Assembly (NCBI GenBank): GCA_965243025.1
Contig: CBDETY010000003.1
Coordinates: forward strand, 4,320,001 to 4,384,000
DNA length: 64,000 nucleotides
From: Candidatus Latescibacterota bacterium
Lineage (GTDB): Bacteria; Latescibacterota; UBA2968; UBA8231
Direction of reading: 5' to 3'
The notes beneath the pieces are model-generated. The model had not been told where the DNA came from. It made no database searches and worked only from the letters and a program-made list of their open reading frames with translations. The stretch's first letter is position 1, and each line of letters opens with the position of its first letter. A program made the translations under genes and the position numbers. Positions 39,425-49,585 of this stretch are shown piece by piece.

Positions 39425-40222
39425 ATGGCAACTGTGAACGAAGGAAAAGTGGTGTTGTTCGGGGCGGGGGGTCCGGTCGGGGCCGCGGCGATCGCGGCGC
39501 TGAAAGGGCATTACACGTTGCGGGTGACCGACCTCCGGCCGATGGCGGAGATCGCCGCCTCGCCGCCGCAGAGCCCCAGGGCGCCGGTCCCGGAGGTGTT
39601 GGGTCCGCCGCACGAAAACCGGGTCGTCGACATCACCGACTGCGAGCAGGTGCTGGCAGCCTGCGAGGGAATGGATGCGGCGATCAATGTGTCCGTCATC
39701 CGGCCGCACCCGGTGCTCGCCTTCCAGGTCAACATGGTCGGCGCCTACAACGTGGCCAAGGCCTGCGTCGCCTGCGGGGTAAGGAGGCTGATCCACACCG
39801 GGCCTTTCCACACGTCCCTCGGACACGACGCCGACTACTGGAACGACTTCCAGGTGGAAGCCGACATCCCGCTGCACCCGGGCGGCGATCTCTATGCGCT
39901 GAGCAAGTATCTCGGGGGACACGTCACGCGCGTCTTCGCCGAGCGCGAAGGCCTCGAGGTGCTCTCCTTCATCTATACGCACTTCCGCCCCGGGGAAGTC
40001 CTGCCCGAAGAACGAGGGAGCGGCGTGTATCCCTACACGACCTCGTGGGAGGATACCGGGGAGGCGTTCCTGTACGGGTTGCGGGCGCCGGAGATGCCGT
40101 CGCCGTACGAGAATTTCTTCATCTGCGCGCGACTTCCCCACGACAAGTACCGGCCCGACAAGGCCGGGCGGCTCCTGGGATGGGAGGCCAAGGACCGGTT
40201 CGAAGCTCTGTACCGCCGCTGA
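39425..40222 (+). CDS. NAD(P)-dependent epimerase/dehydrogenase (extended SDR)
   Basis: VVLFGAGGPVG, VNMVGAYNV, YALSK catalytic motif, KAGRLLGW. Confidence 0.85.
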   Translation: MATVNEGKVVLFGAGGPVGAAAIAALKGHYTLRVTDLRPMAEIAASPPQSPRAPVPEVLGPPHENRVVDITDCEQVLAACEGMDAAINVSVIRPHPVLAFQVNMVGAYNVAKACVACGVRRLIHTGPFHTSLGHDADYWNDFQVEADIPLHPGGDLYALSKYLGGHVTRVFAEREGLEVLSFIYTHFRPGEVLPEERGSGVYPYTTSWEDTGEAFLYGLRAPEMPSPYENFFICARLPHDKYRPDKAGRLLGWEAKDRFEALYRR

Positions 40223-40330
40223 TCCGGCTCCGCAGCAGACAGGTCAGCGCACCGGCTTCCCCACCGGGGTGTGACGTCTCCTGCCGACCCCACTCCTGCC
40301 TGCCTGAGATACAGCAGCCGCGTCCAGCCC

Positions 40331-40414
40331 TCACACTGAACTACCTGGGTCGACGTGAACCCTCGCCATGGGATCGGCGTCGGCCGGGTTGGCTTGCCTG
40401 ATCCGTATCTCCAT
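40331..40414 (-). pseudogene. N-terminal fragment of a GNAT acetyltransferase
   Basis: GGAG RBS, then MEIRIRQANPADADPMARVHVD, then an abrupt stop after 27 aa. Confidence 0.5.
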
Positions 40415-40510
40415 ACTTTTCTCCAGCTGCCGGGACCCGCCACCGGATCCTCCGAAGAGGAAACCCGGGGGCCGTCGAAACGGCCGCATACGGCACTTGA
40501 AAGTCAGGTA

Positions 40511-41374
40511 ATGACGCAACTCACTTCAAACGGCATTCCCCTGGACATGTCGCCCCATGCATTCGGTGAGCTGCGCGAATCGAACGCCCTGCTCGACGAC
40601 ATGCCCGCCCTGAGGGAGCGAATGGCGGACGACGGCTACCTGCTGCTCCGAAACTTCCTGAACCGTGAGTGGGTCATGGAGGCACGGAAAGCCGTTCTCG
40701 AAGTGTTGGCCGAACACGAGATGGTCGACCGAAGATTCCCCCTCATGGAAGGACGGGCGGCTGTCGGCGATCAGGAAGAGTTCCTTTCCGCGATCAGCAG
40801 CCATTCCGAGTTGGGGAAGCTTCCCGCGGTCCGCAGGCTGGTGCACTCCGGCCGCATGCTCGAGTTCTTCGCCGCACTCCTCGGCGGTCAGGTGAGGTCG
40901 TTCGATTTCGTCTGGATGCGAGTCATGGGACCCGGCAGATCGAGTGCGCCGCACTACGACATCGTGTTCATGGGGCGGGGTACCGTGAACCTGTACACCT
41001 CGTGGACGCCCCTGGGGGACGTTACATTCAGTGACGGGGCCCTGATGCTGCTGGAAAACTCCCATCGTCTGGAAGAGGTGAAAGCAACCTACGGGCGGAT
41101 GGACGTCGACAAAGAAGGCAACTGGAAAAGGACAGGAGGGGTTTACGGCAAGGACCCCGCCGCGATTCGGAGGAACCTGAGATTGCGCTGGCTGACGACG
41201 GACTACCGGGCCGGGGATCTGCTGGTGTTCAGCATGTACACCATGCACTGCTCGCTCGACAACACTTCGGACCGGATCCGGCTCTCTTCCGACACGCGCT
41301 ACCAGTTGGCATCCGAACCGGTGGACGAGCGTTGGATCGGGGAGAATCCGATCGCCCATTCGTTGAAGGAGTGA
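40511..41374 (+). CDS. Phytanoyl-CoA dioxygenase (PhyH) family Fe(II)/2-oxoglutarate enzyme
   Basis: DGYLLLR, PHYD (HxD), SWTPLGD, AGDLLVF..TMH.S..N, RLSSDTRY. Confidence 0.88.
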   Translation: MTQLTSNGIPLDMSPHAFGELRESNALLDDMPALRERMADDGYLLLRNFLNREWVMEARKAVLEVLAEHEMVDRRFPLMEGRAAVGDQEEFLSAISSHSELGKLPAVRRLVHSGRMLEFFAALLGGQVRSFDFVWMRVMGPGRSSAPHYDIVFMGRGTVNLYTSWTPLGDVTFSDGALMLLENSHRLEEVKATYGRMDVDKEGNWKRTGGVYGKDPAAIRRNLRLRWLTTDYRAGDLLVFSMYTMHCSLDNTSDRIRLSSDTRYQLASEPVDERWIGENPIAHSLKE

Positions 41375-41517
41375 GGAAAATCACGGACCTGACCCGCTGC
41401 ATCCCACTCAGCCCCGCTGACCGTGGCGGGAACCGCGCGGCACCTGCAGATCCCCGTTCCACCCTCTGGACCATGGGCGGCCGGATCTCCTCCGTCTGCG
41501 CAGCTCATTCAATAAAG

Positions 41518-44037
41518 ATGTCGGTTGTTGCCGCAGCGGTGATCGGGAGCCTGGGGATGGGTTCGGCATGGGGTCAGACCGCTGTGATTCGGGGCAATCA
41601 GCTCCTCGTGGACAGGCAGTCCCACTGGGAGGAGTGGCAATTCCCGCCAGGTACGGTCGAAGTCGAAGAAGGCGGGGTCAGACCCCATTACGTCAACAAG
41701 AACATCGACGCCACCGGGGATATCGTCTTCCACCTGAAGCGGAACCCGCCGGGGGGGAAGGATCCGGCGGAGGTGACCCTTCTCGACGCGATCGACGCCG
41801 GAGTCAACAAGGGGGATGTCGCCAATCTTTTCGACGACGACGAAAGCACCTACTGGGAGCCGGAGATCGGCAGCTCCCTGACGGAATGGTGGTTCCAGGT
41901 AGACCTCGGCAGGCTCGTTTCCGCCAGGCGCATCGTGTTGAAGTTCGTCGGCGAAGGGGAAGGAGATCCGTTTCTCCAGTTTGTCGTGCTCACTTCGGAT
42001 GGAAGTGAAAGACTCAAGGGGGTTTACGGCTTCCACCGGGCTTTCCAGACCAGGCACGACAACAAGGGACAGCGGGTTTTCGAGATCGAACTGCAGCCCA
42101 CGCGCACCAATGGCGATGGAGATTTCACGGGTGACATGGTCCGCATCGTGCAGGTGGTCGTGACCGCCAGCGACGGCGAACGGGGGGCCGAGGTCACCGC
42201 TGAGGAACACTCCCTGCTCGACGACGACGACCGCGGAGCGGTGGATCACTACAGGAAAGTCGCTGACGGCGAAGTCCGTGTGAGTCAAGCCTCACACGAG
42301 TCCATGAACCCCGAGAAACGGGGACCGGTGCGGCATTTCCGCCGCGAGCGGCCCCGGCTTGCGGAGCTGGAGGTGATCAGCGTCGGAGAAAACCTGGCTC
42401 TGGGAATAAAAGACCGGGGGGGTATCGCCCTCGATTACCTCGGAGAGTCGATCTTCACGCTTATCGATGGGGACTTCGCGAGCCTCAAGAACATCAACGT
42501 CGGCGACCCGGGCACCCGCAGGCCTCTCTTCTTCGACCTGAACTCCAGCTACTGGATCGACACCTTCCAGGCCTACTACAACACCTTCCGGGCCCCGTTC
42601 GGCAATTTCATGGTTCAGACCTCGGACGGCTCGCTGGCTCCGGACGGCAGCCTCGCGTGGGTGACCCAGGTGACCGAGACGGGAGAAAACGAGTCTACGG
42701 GCGCAGACGCCTACGAGTTCACCACCTTTCCCCCGGTCCGGGCCCGCTTCGTCCAGATACTGTACTGGTCGCCGTCGCGATGGACGGAATACTACATCCC
42801 GCGAGAGCTGCAGCTGTTCGGCGAGGGGTACCAGCCCGAGGTCGAGCTGGTCACCGCCGACCCGATCCTCCTCGGGGAGTCGATGAACCTCGTCTCCGTG
42901 GAGTGGGACGCCGTCACTCCTCCCGGCTCCCGGGTGGAGATCCAGACGCGAACGGGAAACCGCCTGGCCGAGAAATACCTGTACTACAACAAAGCCGGAG
43001 TGGAAGTGACCGAGGAGGCCTACCGCCAGCTCGGCTTCTTCTCCAAGGGGGACTCGGTTGGCGTCGTCATCCCCGGCCCCGACTGGAGCGCCTGGAGCCG
43101 TCCCTACCGGGTCTCGGGGGAGCGAATTACCTCGCCCAGTCCGCGCAGCTCCCTGATGATGCGGGCGCGGCTGCTTTCCTCGGACCCCCAGGCGGCAGCC
43201 ACGCTCGAGGCCATCCGTCTCAATTTCACCGCGCCGGTAGCCTCCCAGCTTCAGGGTGAAGTGGTCCCGGCCGTCGTCGAAGCGCTGGGAGTGGAGCAGG
43301 GGTTTTCCCTGTTCGTCAAGATCAGCAGTCAGGCGGATCCCTTCGACGACATCCTTCTGGAGGCCCCGGAGGGAATCCGGCTGCAGTTCGGTCAGCTCCT
43401 GGTGGGCCGGGAGAGTCAATGGGAAAGCGAGAACGTCCAGCCGGTGGTCGACTCCGAACTTCGGGTCATGTCCACGGAAGCCGACTCGCTGTGGGTTCAA
43501 CTGAGTGAGCCCGTAATGCCCGGCACCGCCGACCTGATCGAGCTGCAGTTCAGCTCCGCGTTGTACGCACCGGGAGCGGTTTTCTCCGCCCTTGTCGGCA
43601 ACTCTAGCAGGGAGGACTCGTGGCAGCGCGTCGATGGGGGGGATGCCACCGCCCTCGCCGCGGGGGACGGGATGGTCGTGGTGGGACCGATCGGCGGCCA
43701 CAGGGTTCTCAGCGAAGTCGACGTCTCGTCCTCCGTGATGACGCCGAACGGGGACGGAGTCAACGACGAGACGACCTTCGAATTCGCGGTGATCAACCTC
43801 ACCGGATCCCAGGAAGTGGGGGTGCGGATCTACGACCTGTCCGGCCGCCTGGTGAACCGGATTACCGACGAGAGACCCGAGGTAAGCGGAGAATACAGGA
43901 TGTCCTGGGATGGCCGGGGAGCCTGGGGCGGCACGGTGGCGCCGGGAATCTACCTGGCGGCCATCGAGATCGACACGGATGACGCCGGGAGCGTCGGGAA
44001 TGTAGTGGCGCACCGGTTGGTCCACGTGGCCTACTGA
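41518..44037 (+). CDS. Large secreted protein with discoidin-like segments and C-terminal FlgD-Ig domain
   Basis: Signal peptide; LFDDDESTYW, WWFQVDLG; QTRTG, WSAWS.PY; TPNGDGVND, IYDLSGRLV, WDG, PGIY. Confidence 0.8.
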   Translation: MSVVAAAVIGSLGMGSAWGQTAVIRGNQLLVDRQSHWEEWQFPPGTVEVEEGGVRPHYVNKNIDATGDIVFHLKRNPPGGKDPAEVTLLDAIDAGVNKGDVANLFDDDESTYWEPEIGSSLTEWWFQVDLGRLVSARRIVLKFVGEGEGDPFLQFVVLTSDGSERLKGVYGFHRAFQTRHDNKGQRVFEIELQPTRTNGDGDFTGDMVRIVQVVVTASDGERGAEVTAEEHSLLDDDDRGAVDHYRKVADGEVRVSQASHESMNPEKRGPVRHFRRERPRLAELEVISVGENLALGIKDRGGIALDYLGESIFTLIDGDFASLKNINVGDPGTRRPLFFDLNSSYWIDTFQAYYNTFRAPFGNFMVQTSDGSLAPDGSLAWVTQVTETGENESTGADAYEFTTFPPVRARFVQILYWSPSRWTEYYIPRELQLFGEGYQPEVELVTADPILLGESMNLVSVEWDAVTPPGSRVEIQTRTGNRLAEKYLYYNKAGVEVTEEAYRQLGFFSKGDSVGVVIPGPDWSAWSRPYRVSGERITSPSPRSSLMMRARLLSSDPQAAATLEAIRLNFTAPVASQLQGEVVPAVVEALGVEQGFSLFVKISSQADPFDDILLEAPEGIRLQFGQLLVGRESQWESENVQPVVDSELRVMSTEADSLWVQLSEPVMPGTADLIELQFSSALYAPGAVFSALVGNSSREDSWQRVDGGDATALAAGDGMVVVGPIGGHRVLSEVDVSSSVMTPNGDGVNDETTFEFAVINLTGSQEVGVRIYDLSGRLVNRITDERPEVSGEYRMSWDGRGAWGGTVAPGIYLAAIEIDTDDAGSVGNVVAHRLVHVAY

Positions 44038-44098
44038 ATCTTTTCCCGCTCCTGTTTGCCCGCGCAGGTCAGGCAGGCAGTCCTCGCGATGCGGAGCC

Positions 44099-46078
44099 TC
44101 AATAAGCGATGGCTACTGGACGCTGCGCGCGGTCCCTGCCGGCGTCGGTTTCGACCTCGAGCTGCAGCAGGTAGAGTCCCGGTGCCAGCGGGCCCTGGTG
44201 GCCGCTGCCATCCCAGGAAACGCTGGAAGGCCCGCTGACGGCGCCGGCTCCCGGTCCGAACCCGCCGACCTGCCGGCCCGTCAGATCGTAGACGGCGACC
44301 GATACCGGAACGGCCCCCCTCAGATTCATCAACTCGTACTCGACCCGCAGGACATCGTTGACGCCGTCTCCATTCGGCGTGAACGCACCGGAAGACAGGC
44401 TGAAACTGCGGATGGAACGATCGGGGATTTCCAGGAGGGCTACCCTTGTCCGGTTGCTGTCGTTCAACTCGTCCGCGTCCCCCTCGGAGACCGGTTGCGG
44501 AACCTCGAACGGGGCCTCGCTGTCGGAGAGCCTGGCTGTGAAGGGGGTGCCGTAGTCGAAAACCCGGGCCTGGAAGTCCAGCTCGATGAGCATTCCGTTG
44601 TGGTCCGGTCCGATTCGCGGAAGCTCCAGGGCGAAGCCGTTTTCATCCTGGCGCGTGACCGTGATGTCGAGGCCGGCGCCGTCCAGGCGGGCCCGGGGCT
44701 CGACCGCGGCGATTCGTGCGGGAGTATCGACGGCGATGACGTCGAAGCCGGGATCACCGGGCTCGATCCGGGGACGCACCTGGTAGGTGAAGGAGGTGAC
44801 CTCGCCGACGGCGGCGGCGGCGGGGGCGATCTCGCCTGTCGCCCGCGTGGCCAGGGGGGGCGAGGCCGCAAACTGCAGGTAGTCGACCCGGCCCCCCGAC
44901 CCGGGGGTCGAATGGAAGGCGACCTGGAGCTGCACGAAGCGGCGCGGGCGGGCGGCGTTCGCCGTCCCCCTCCCGGCGATGAAGTCGTAGGCGGCGTTCC
45001 AAGTCAGCCAGTTTTCCTTGTCGTGGGTGACCCTCCCCTTCTCCCCCGGTCCGAGGCGATTGTACTGGGGGCGAGTAAGGAGCCCGCCTGACTCTGAAAA
45101 GGGGACCTGCTCGTCCCCCCTGAAGGTTTTTCGCCAGAACACGTCCGGCTGGTCGTCGTCGCCGCTGCGCATGGTGATGTCGACGCGGGCCTCCGGATCT
45201 TCCCCCTCCTGTCCAGCCCAGGACAGCTCTCCCAGGTTGAGCGCTTCTCCAAGGTCGATGACGTTGGATGTATACCTCGCGAACGGGACAAAGCCGCTGG
45301 CGTAGATCTCGAACTCGGCAACCTCCCACCACAAGTCTCCAAAGCCGAAAACCTGGAAGAGCAGGCGCCGGGTGGGAATGGAGGGGAAGCTGAGATCGAC
45401 CACGGCATCGCCCGGGCCGTCGTGCGCTATGTCGAAGTCGTAGCGCGTCGCCGGGTCGACTTTGCTCCCGTACGACGGTTTGTACGGCCGGCTTCCGTCC
45501 CTGGCAGCGTCTGCGTCGTTCACGCCGATCAGGAACCGGTGAACCGGGTCCTGGCCTCCGGACCTGCACGTGGCCGCTACCCTCCAGCTGAATCCGCACG
45601 TGACGAGGGTGCCGTCATCGTGACGGGTGTAGAAACGTATGCGCTCGAGATGGACCAGCCGTTGCAGATCGAACAGGTAGGTGGTGCCCCTGTAATCGGT
45701 GTAGTAGGAATCGGCATCCTCGTCTCCCATGCGAACGGACCATCCCTGATACGAGGATCCCGTACCCTGGACGGCCTCCCACGATCTCCACCCCAGGAAA
45801 TGGAAGTTCCCGTCCAGCGTGGTGGGGGTCAGGTTCACACTGGAGTCCATGGCCTCCGGGGCGACCGCGCCGGGCTGGATATCCATGCCGACGGAGTCCC
45901 CGAAGCGTTCGGCATCGAGGTCTTCCCAGTGAAGCTGCACGAAATCGAAAGCCGCCCCTTCGAGCCCGGGCTGCGGCAGACCTTCCCCGCCGAGGCGGTA
46001 TACGGTCAGGGCGTCTCCGGAAACGGCCATGCAAACCACGGCGAAAGCGGTTGCCGGGAATGGAAGTTTCAAACGCAT
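44099..46078 (-). CDS. Large secreted protein with C-terminal FlgD-Ig domain (same family as the convergent neighbour)
   Basis: Signal peptide; WEVAEFEIY..GF, YTSNVIDLG, TMRSG, PRRFVQ, FTPNGDGVND, VYDLTGR, WDG, PGLY. Confidence 0.8.
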   Translation of the reverse strand: MRLKLPFPATAFAVVCMAVSGDALTVYRLGGEGLPQPGLEGAAFDFVQLHWEDLDAERFGDSVGMDIQPGAVAPEAMDSSVNLTPTTLDGNFHFLGWRSWEAVQGTGSSYQGWSVRMGDEDADSYYTDYRGTTYLFDLQRLVHLERIRFYTRHDDGTLVTCGFSWRVAATCRSGGQDPVHRFLIGVNDADAARDGSRPYKPSYGSKVDPATRYDFDIAHDGPGDAVVDLSFPSIPTRRLLFQVFGFGDLWWEVAEFEIYASGFVPFARYTSNVIDLGEALNLGELSWAGQEGEDPEARVDITMRSGDDDQPDVFWRKTFRGDEQVPFSESGGLLTRPQYNRLGPGEKGRVTHDKENWLTWNAAYDFIAGRGTANAARPRRFVQLQVAFHSTPGSGGRVDYLQFAASPPLATRATGEIAPAAAAVGEVTSFTYQVRPRIEPGDPGFDVIAVDTPARIAAVEPRARLDGAGLDITVTRQDENGFALELPRIGPDHNGMLIELDFQARVFDYGTPFTARLSDSEAPFEVPQPVSEGDADELNDSNRTRVALLEIPDRSIRSFSLSSGAFTPNGDGVNDVLRVEYELMNLRGAVPVSVAVYDLTGRQVGGFGPGAGAVSGPSSVSWDGSGHQGPLAPGLYLLQLEVETDAGRDRAQRPVAIAY

Positions 46079-46298
46079 TTGCAGGGCTTCGATGACTCGT
46101 CGGGCGCCGGAAGCGGGCCGAAGCAGCAGGCGGCGGCAGTTCAGGAGTTAAACTCTGCTCCTCGCAGACGATCTGCAATATCCCGGTTTGACCTGAGAGG
46201 TTCCCCCAGTCCCCGGAAGAAGCGGAAACAAACCCGTGGCTGTTGCACGGGCGCGGTTCCCTTCGCAAAGCCCGGTGTCGATACCATACGAAGCAAAT

Positions 46299-47351
46299 TC
46301 AGGCCAGGAGGGACTCGTTCAGGCGGACGCCGAAGCCGGGGGCATCGCCGGGAGTCAGACAACCGTCCTCAGGTTCAGGCGCGTCCAGCCACAGCTGTTC
46401 CCGCGCCGAATGCCGGTTGCCAAGCACCAGCTCGGCCAGGTCTTCACAGGCGGTTCCGGCGATGACGTGCAGCCCCCAGGGCTCTCCGCCCCGGTGCAGA
46501 ACCACCGGCACCCCCGCCGCCCCGGCCAGCTCGACGATGCGCAGCGCCGCGGTGACGCCCCCGCACCAGGTGACGTCCGGCTGCCAGATGTCGAGCGCGC
46601 CGGCCCTGGCGATGGCGGCGAAGCGGTCCGGGGCGAGGTCGTGCTCCCCTCCCGCCAGCAGGACCGGCTTGATCTGCCGGCGCAGGTCCGCAAGCCCCTC
46701 CAGATCGTCCGGGGTCAGCGCATCCTCGAACCAGTGGACGCGGTAGGGCGCCAGGGTCCGCGCCATCTGCAGAGCCGTCGAAGCGTCCCAGGCCATGTAA
46801 CAGTCGAACATCAGCAGGGCGTCGGTTCCCAGGTGCCGGCGGGAGGCCTCCGCCGCGGCCGCGGCCCGCTCGGAGGAGCCGGAATCCTGGGGAGGGCCGA
46901 AGGGCACCTTGTGGGCGGTGAAGGACATCTCCGCATACCACTCGGGGTCGCCGCCGGATGCGTAGGCGCGGATGCGCTGCCCGGGCGCACCGCCCAGCAG
47001 CGCGTGAACCGGCTGTCTTTCCGCCCTGCCGAGAAGATCCCACAGCGCCAGGTCGACGCCGCTGAGCGCCATGCCCGCAATCCCGCCCCGGCCGTAGGGA
47101 ATGGAGGCGGCGTACAGCTTGTGCCAGAGGCGTTCGATGTCGGAGGTGCTGTTGCAGTTCTCTCCGAGCAGCAGCTCCCGCAGGTGGCGGTTGACCACCT
47201 CGACGCCGGCCAGGCCCCCTCCGCCGCAGCCGCAGCCGCTGACGCCGGCGTCGGTATCCACGCGCACGACGATCTGCCACAGGCCGGCGCGCCAGCCCTT
47301 CAGCTGCTGCCGGTAGTCGGGATACGCCGCCTGCACGTCGGTGATCTTCAT
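46299..47351 (-). CDS. Mandelate racemase/enolase-superfamily dehydratase (L-rhamnonate dehydratase-like)
   Basis: YGRGG..ALSGVDLALWDL, LMFDCYM, WFED, GEH, WQPD..WCGG. Confidence 0.85.
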   Translation of the reverse strand: MKITDVQAAYPDYRQQLKGWRAGLWQIVVRVDTDAGVSGCGCGGGGLAGVEVVNRHLRELLLGENCNSTSDIERLWHKLYAASIPYGRGGIAGMALSGVDLALWDLLGRAERQPVHALLGGAPGQRIRAYASGGDPEWYAEMSFTAHKVPFGPPQDSGSSERAAAAAEASRRHLGTDALLMFDCYMAWDASTALQMARTLAPYRVHWFEDALTPDDLEGLADLRRQIKPVLLAGGEHDLAPDRFAAIARAGALDIWQPDVTWCGGVTAALRIVELAGAAGVPVVLHRGGEPWGLHVIAGTACEDLAELVLGNRHSAREQLWLDAPEPEDGCLTPGDAPGFGVRLNESLLA

Positions 47352-47632
47352 GGGGTTGTCCTGGTTTGGCGGTCTATTGTATTTGCAGTCCTTCCGCCGG
47401 GTCCAGTACGGTTTCGTCGGCTACGGGGCCAAGCGCGGAAGCGGAACCAAGTCCCGACAACCGTAAGGCACGGAAAACCACCCGGGTGCAGGAGATGAGC
47501 CAAGCCTCCGCAGCAGGTATGAACCCGGGGGAACCCTTGCGGTTGGAGGAAGGCGGTCTCCCGCGAAAAACCACATTTCCCAGGTCGTTCTGTGGAAACT
47601 GACTCGCACAGGTCCCGGAAGGAAGCTCGCTG

Positions 47633-48646
47633 ATGTACATCCAGGAACAGGTTTCCGTCGACGAGCTCGACGACGGGCATCTCAGCTTCTTCCGCGCCAT
47701 CGGGGTGGACTCGATCCACCTGGATTTGCGCGGAGGATCCCCCGCTGCCGGGCGCCGGGGCGGTACCGGATCGGCGAACACCTCGCTGGCCCGGGACTTG
47801 AAGGCCGGCAGGGACTGCACCGGCGCGTTGGCCCGGGCGCGGGAAACGGTCGAGGCCCACGGCATGAAGCTGAACAACATCTTCATGCCCGCCTGGGAGG
47901 AGATCACCCTGGCCGAGGAGGACGTCGACGAGAAGACCGGCCACTGGTGCAGGATGCTGGAGAGCGTGGGCCGGGCCGGGATTCCCTGCCTCGGCTGGAA
48001 CTTCAAGCCGATGGGCAACTTCCGCACCCCTTCGGACACGGGCCGGGGCGGTGCGCACTACAGCACGTTCGACTACGCGGTTTTCGACAGGAACCGGCCC
48101 GAACCCCACCAGCCTCCGGTGGACGAGGAGCAGATGTGGGCGCGGATGGAGCGGTTCCTGGCCGCGGCGGTCCCTGCCGCCGAAAAGGCGGGGGTGCGCA
48201 TGGCTCTGCACCCCGACGACCCGCCGATTCCCGAGCCGCTGGCAGGGGTGGCGCAGATCTGCTCCACCCTGGAGCAGTTCCGCCGGATCTTCTTCGAGAT
48301 CGCTCCGAGCGACAGCAACCGCATGCTCTTCTGCCAGGGGTGCATGACCGAGCTGCTGGGGCCGGAGAAGGTCTACGACGCGATCGCCGAAATGGCTTCC
48401 AATGGCAAGATCGCCTGGGTGCACTTCCGCAACCTGCGCGGCCGGTTGCCGCGGTTCGCCGAGGTCTTCATCGACGAGGGGGAGGTGGACATGAGGCGGG
48501 CGATGGAGGTCTACCGGGACAACGGGTTCAACGGGCCGTTCATGATGGACCACACCCCCTCGTTTGCGCATGGGTACGGACCGTTGCACGGCAAGGCGTA
48601 TGCCATCGGGTATATCCGGGCCTTGATACAGACGGTGTACGGATGA
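47633..48646 (+). CDS. uxuA: Mannonate dehydratase family protein
   Basis: WNF, ALHPDDPP, FCQG, VHFRN, F.E.FIDEGEVDM, DHTP, AYAIGYIRAL. Confidence 0.85.
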   Translation: MYIQEQVSVDELDDGHLSFFRAIGVDSIHLDLRGGSPAAGRRGGTGSANTSLARDLKAGRDCTGALARARETVEAHGMKLNNIFMPAWEEITLAEEDVDEKTGHWCRMLESVGRAGIPCLGWNFKPMGNFRTPSDTGRGGAHYSTFDYAVFDRNRPEPHQPPVDEEQMWARMERFLAAAVPAAEKAGVRMALHPDDPPIPEPLAGVAQICSTLEQFRRIFFEIAPSDSNRMLFCQGCMTELLGPEKVYDAIAEMASNGKIAWVHFRNLRGRLPRFAEVFIDEGEVDMRRAMEVYRDNGFNGPFMMDHTPSFAHGYGPLHGKAYAIGYIRALIQTVYG

Positions 48647-48663
48647 ACGGGGCGTTGACCCGA

Positions 48664-48749
48664 GCGGTCGATCCCGGGGATTTTGGCCGTGAGCATTTCT
48701 ACGGCCCTCGACCGCAGCTGCTGTGCAGGCCCGGCAGCGGCGCTGCCGG
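48664..48749. terminator. Stem-loops between convergent genes (possible bidirectional terminator or processing site)
   Basis: GCGGTCGA...GGCCGT/ACGGCC...TCGACCGC (48664-48715) and CCGGCAGCG-G-CGCTGCCGG (48731-48749); no clear U tract. Confidence 0.35.
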
Positions 48750-48756
48750 AACGGGG

Positions 48757-49566
48757 TCATGGCCGGTAGAGCCGTGAGCCTTTGTCCTCACCCCGGTAGT
48801 GTGGCTGCGAGATGACGGCTTTCTGGGCATCGGTCAGCTCGTCGTAGAACGGCGGCGGGGCGTAGGTCCCCATCACCGATTCTCCCATGACGCCTGAGTT
48901 GTAGCGGATTACCACCGAACGCCGCTGGTGCCTGGCGGTCCACGGCAGGGCGCCGTGCATCAGGCATTCGACGAACAGTATGGCATCGCCGGCCTTCGCC
49001 GCAGGCGCGACCATCCGGTCCTGATGGGTGTGGTAGAGCCTGATATCGTCGGGGCACGGGAAGTTTGCCTTGTGGCTTCCGGGCAGGCAGGCGAACCCGC
49101 CGTCTCCAGGCTCCACATCGGTCAGCTGAACCGCCATGTTGGTCATGCCGCAGTACATGCGCCCGTTGCGGTAGAGGAAGCCGCGGGAACGGTCATGCGG
49201 TTCTCCCCCTTCGTGGAACCAGAAGCCCTCGGCTCCCCGGTCCATCGTGATGATGCCGAGCCCCTCCAGCCGGAATCCGGGTCCCAGCAATTCCTGCAGG
49301 TAGGGCGTGAGCACGGGGTGGGCGATCATTTCGCGGAACACGTCGCAGTGGGGCTTATCCCACGTCAGCATTCCGCCCAGGTCGCCGCGCCCGGCAGTCC
49401 CGCGCAAGGTTGCCGATTCGTGGGCGAGGTCGTTCGGGCGAATGCCTATCTCACCCGCGTGGTGGTCGACTGCCGCATTCGCAGCCGCGACTTCCGCCGC
49501 TGAGAGGGCTTCTTCTATCACCAGGTATCCGTGTACGTCGAACAGGTATTTTTCCGCTTCCGTCAT
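48757..49566 (-). CDS. Phytanoyl-CoA dioxygenase (PhyH) family protein
   Basis: YLFDVHGYLVI, FHEG, LTDV..GDGGF.CLPGSHK, AGDAILF.E.LMHG..W. Confidence 0.88.
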   Translation of the reverse strand: MTEAEKYLFDVHGYLVIEEALSAAEVAAANAAVDHHAGEIGIRPNDLAHESATLRGTAGRGDLGGMLTWDKPHCDVFREMIAHPVLTPYLQELLGPGFRLEGLGIITMDRGAEGFWFHEGGEPHDRSRGFLYRNGRMYCGMTNMAVQLTDVEPGDGGFACLPGSHKANFPCPDDIRLYHTHQDRMVAPAAKAGDAILFVECLMHGALPWTARHQRRSVVIRYNSGVMGESVMGTYAPPPFYDELTDAQKAVISQPHYRGEDKGSRLYRP

Positions 49567-49585
49567 GTCCTGTTTCCCCTTCTCC

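Noticed and set aside
47481-47528. Hairpin CCCGGGTGCA...TGAACCCGGG in a divergent intergenic region as a possible ncRNA
   Set aside because: A single imperfect stem with no recognisable family motif and no second copy.
47609-47626. SRP RNA-like motif CAGGTCCCGGAAGGAAGC
   Set aside because: It has an extra base and lacks the following AGC and the long flanking helix. It coincides with the uxuA ribosome-binding region.
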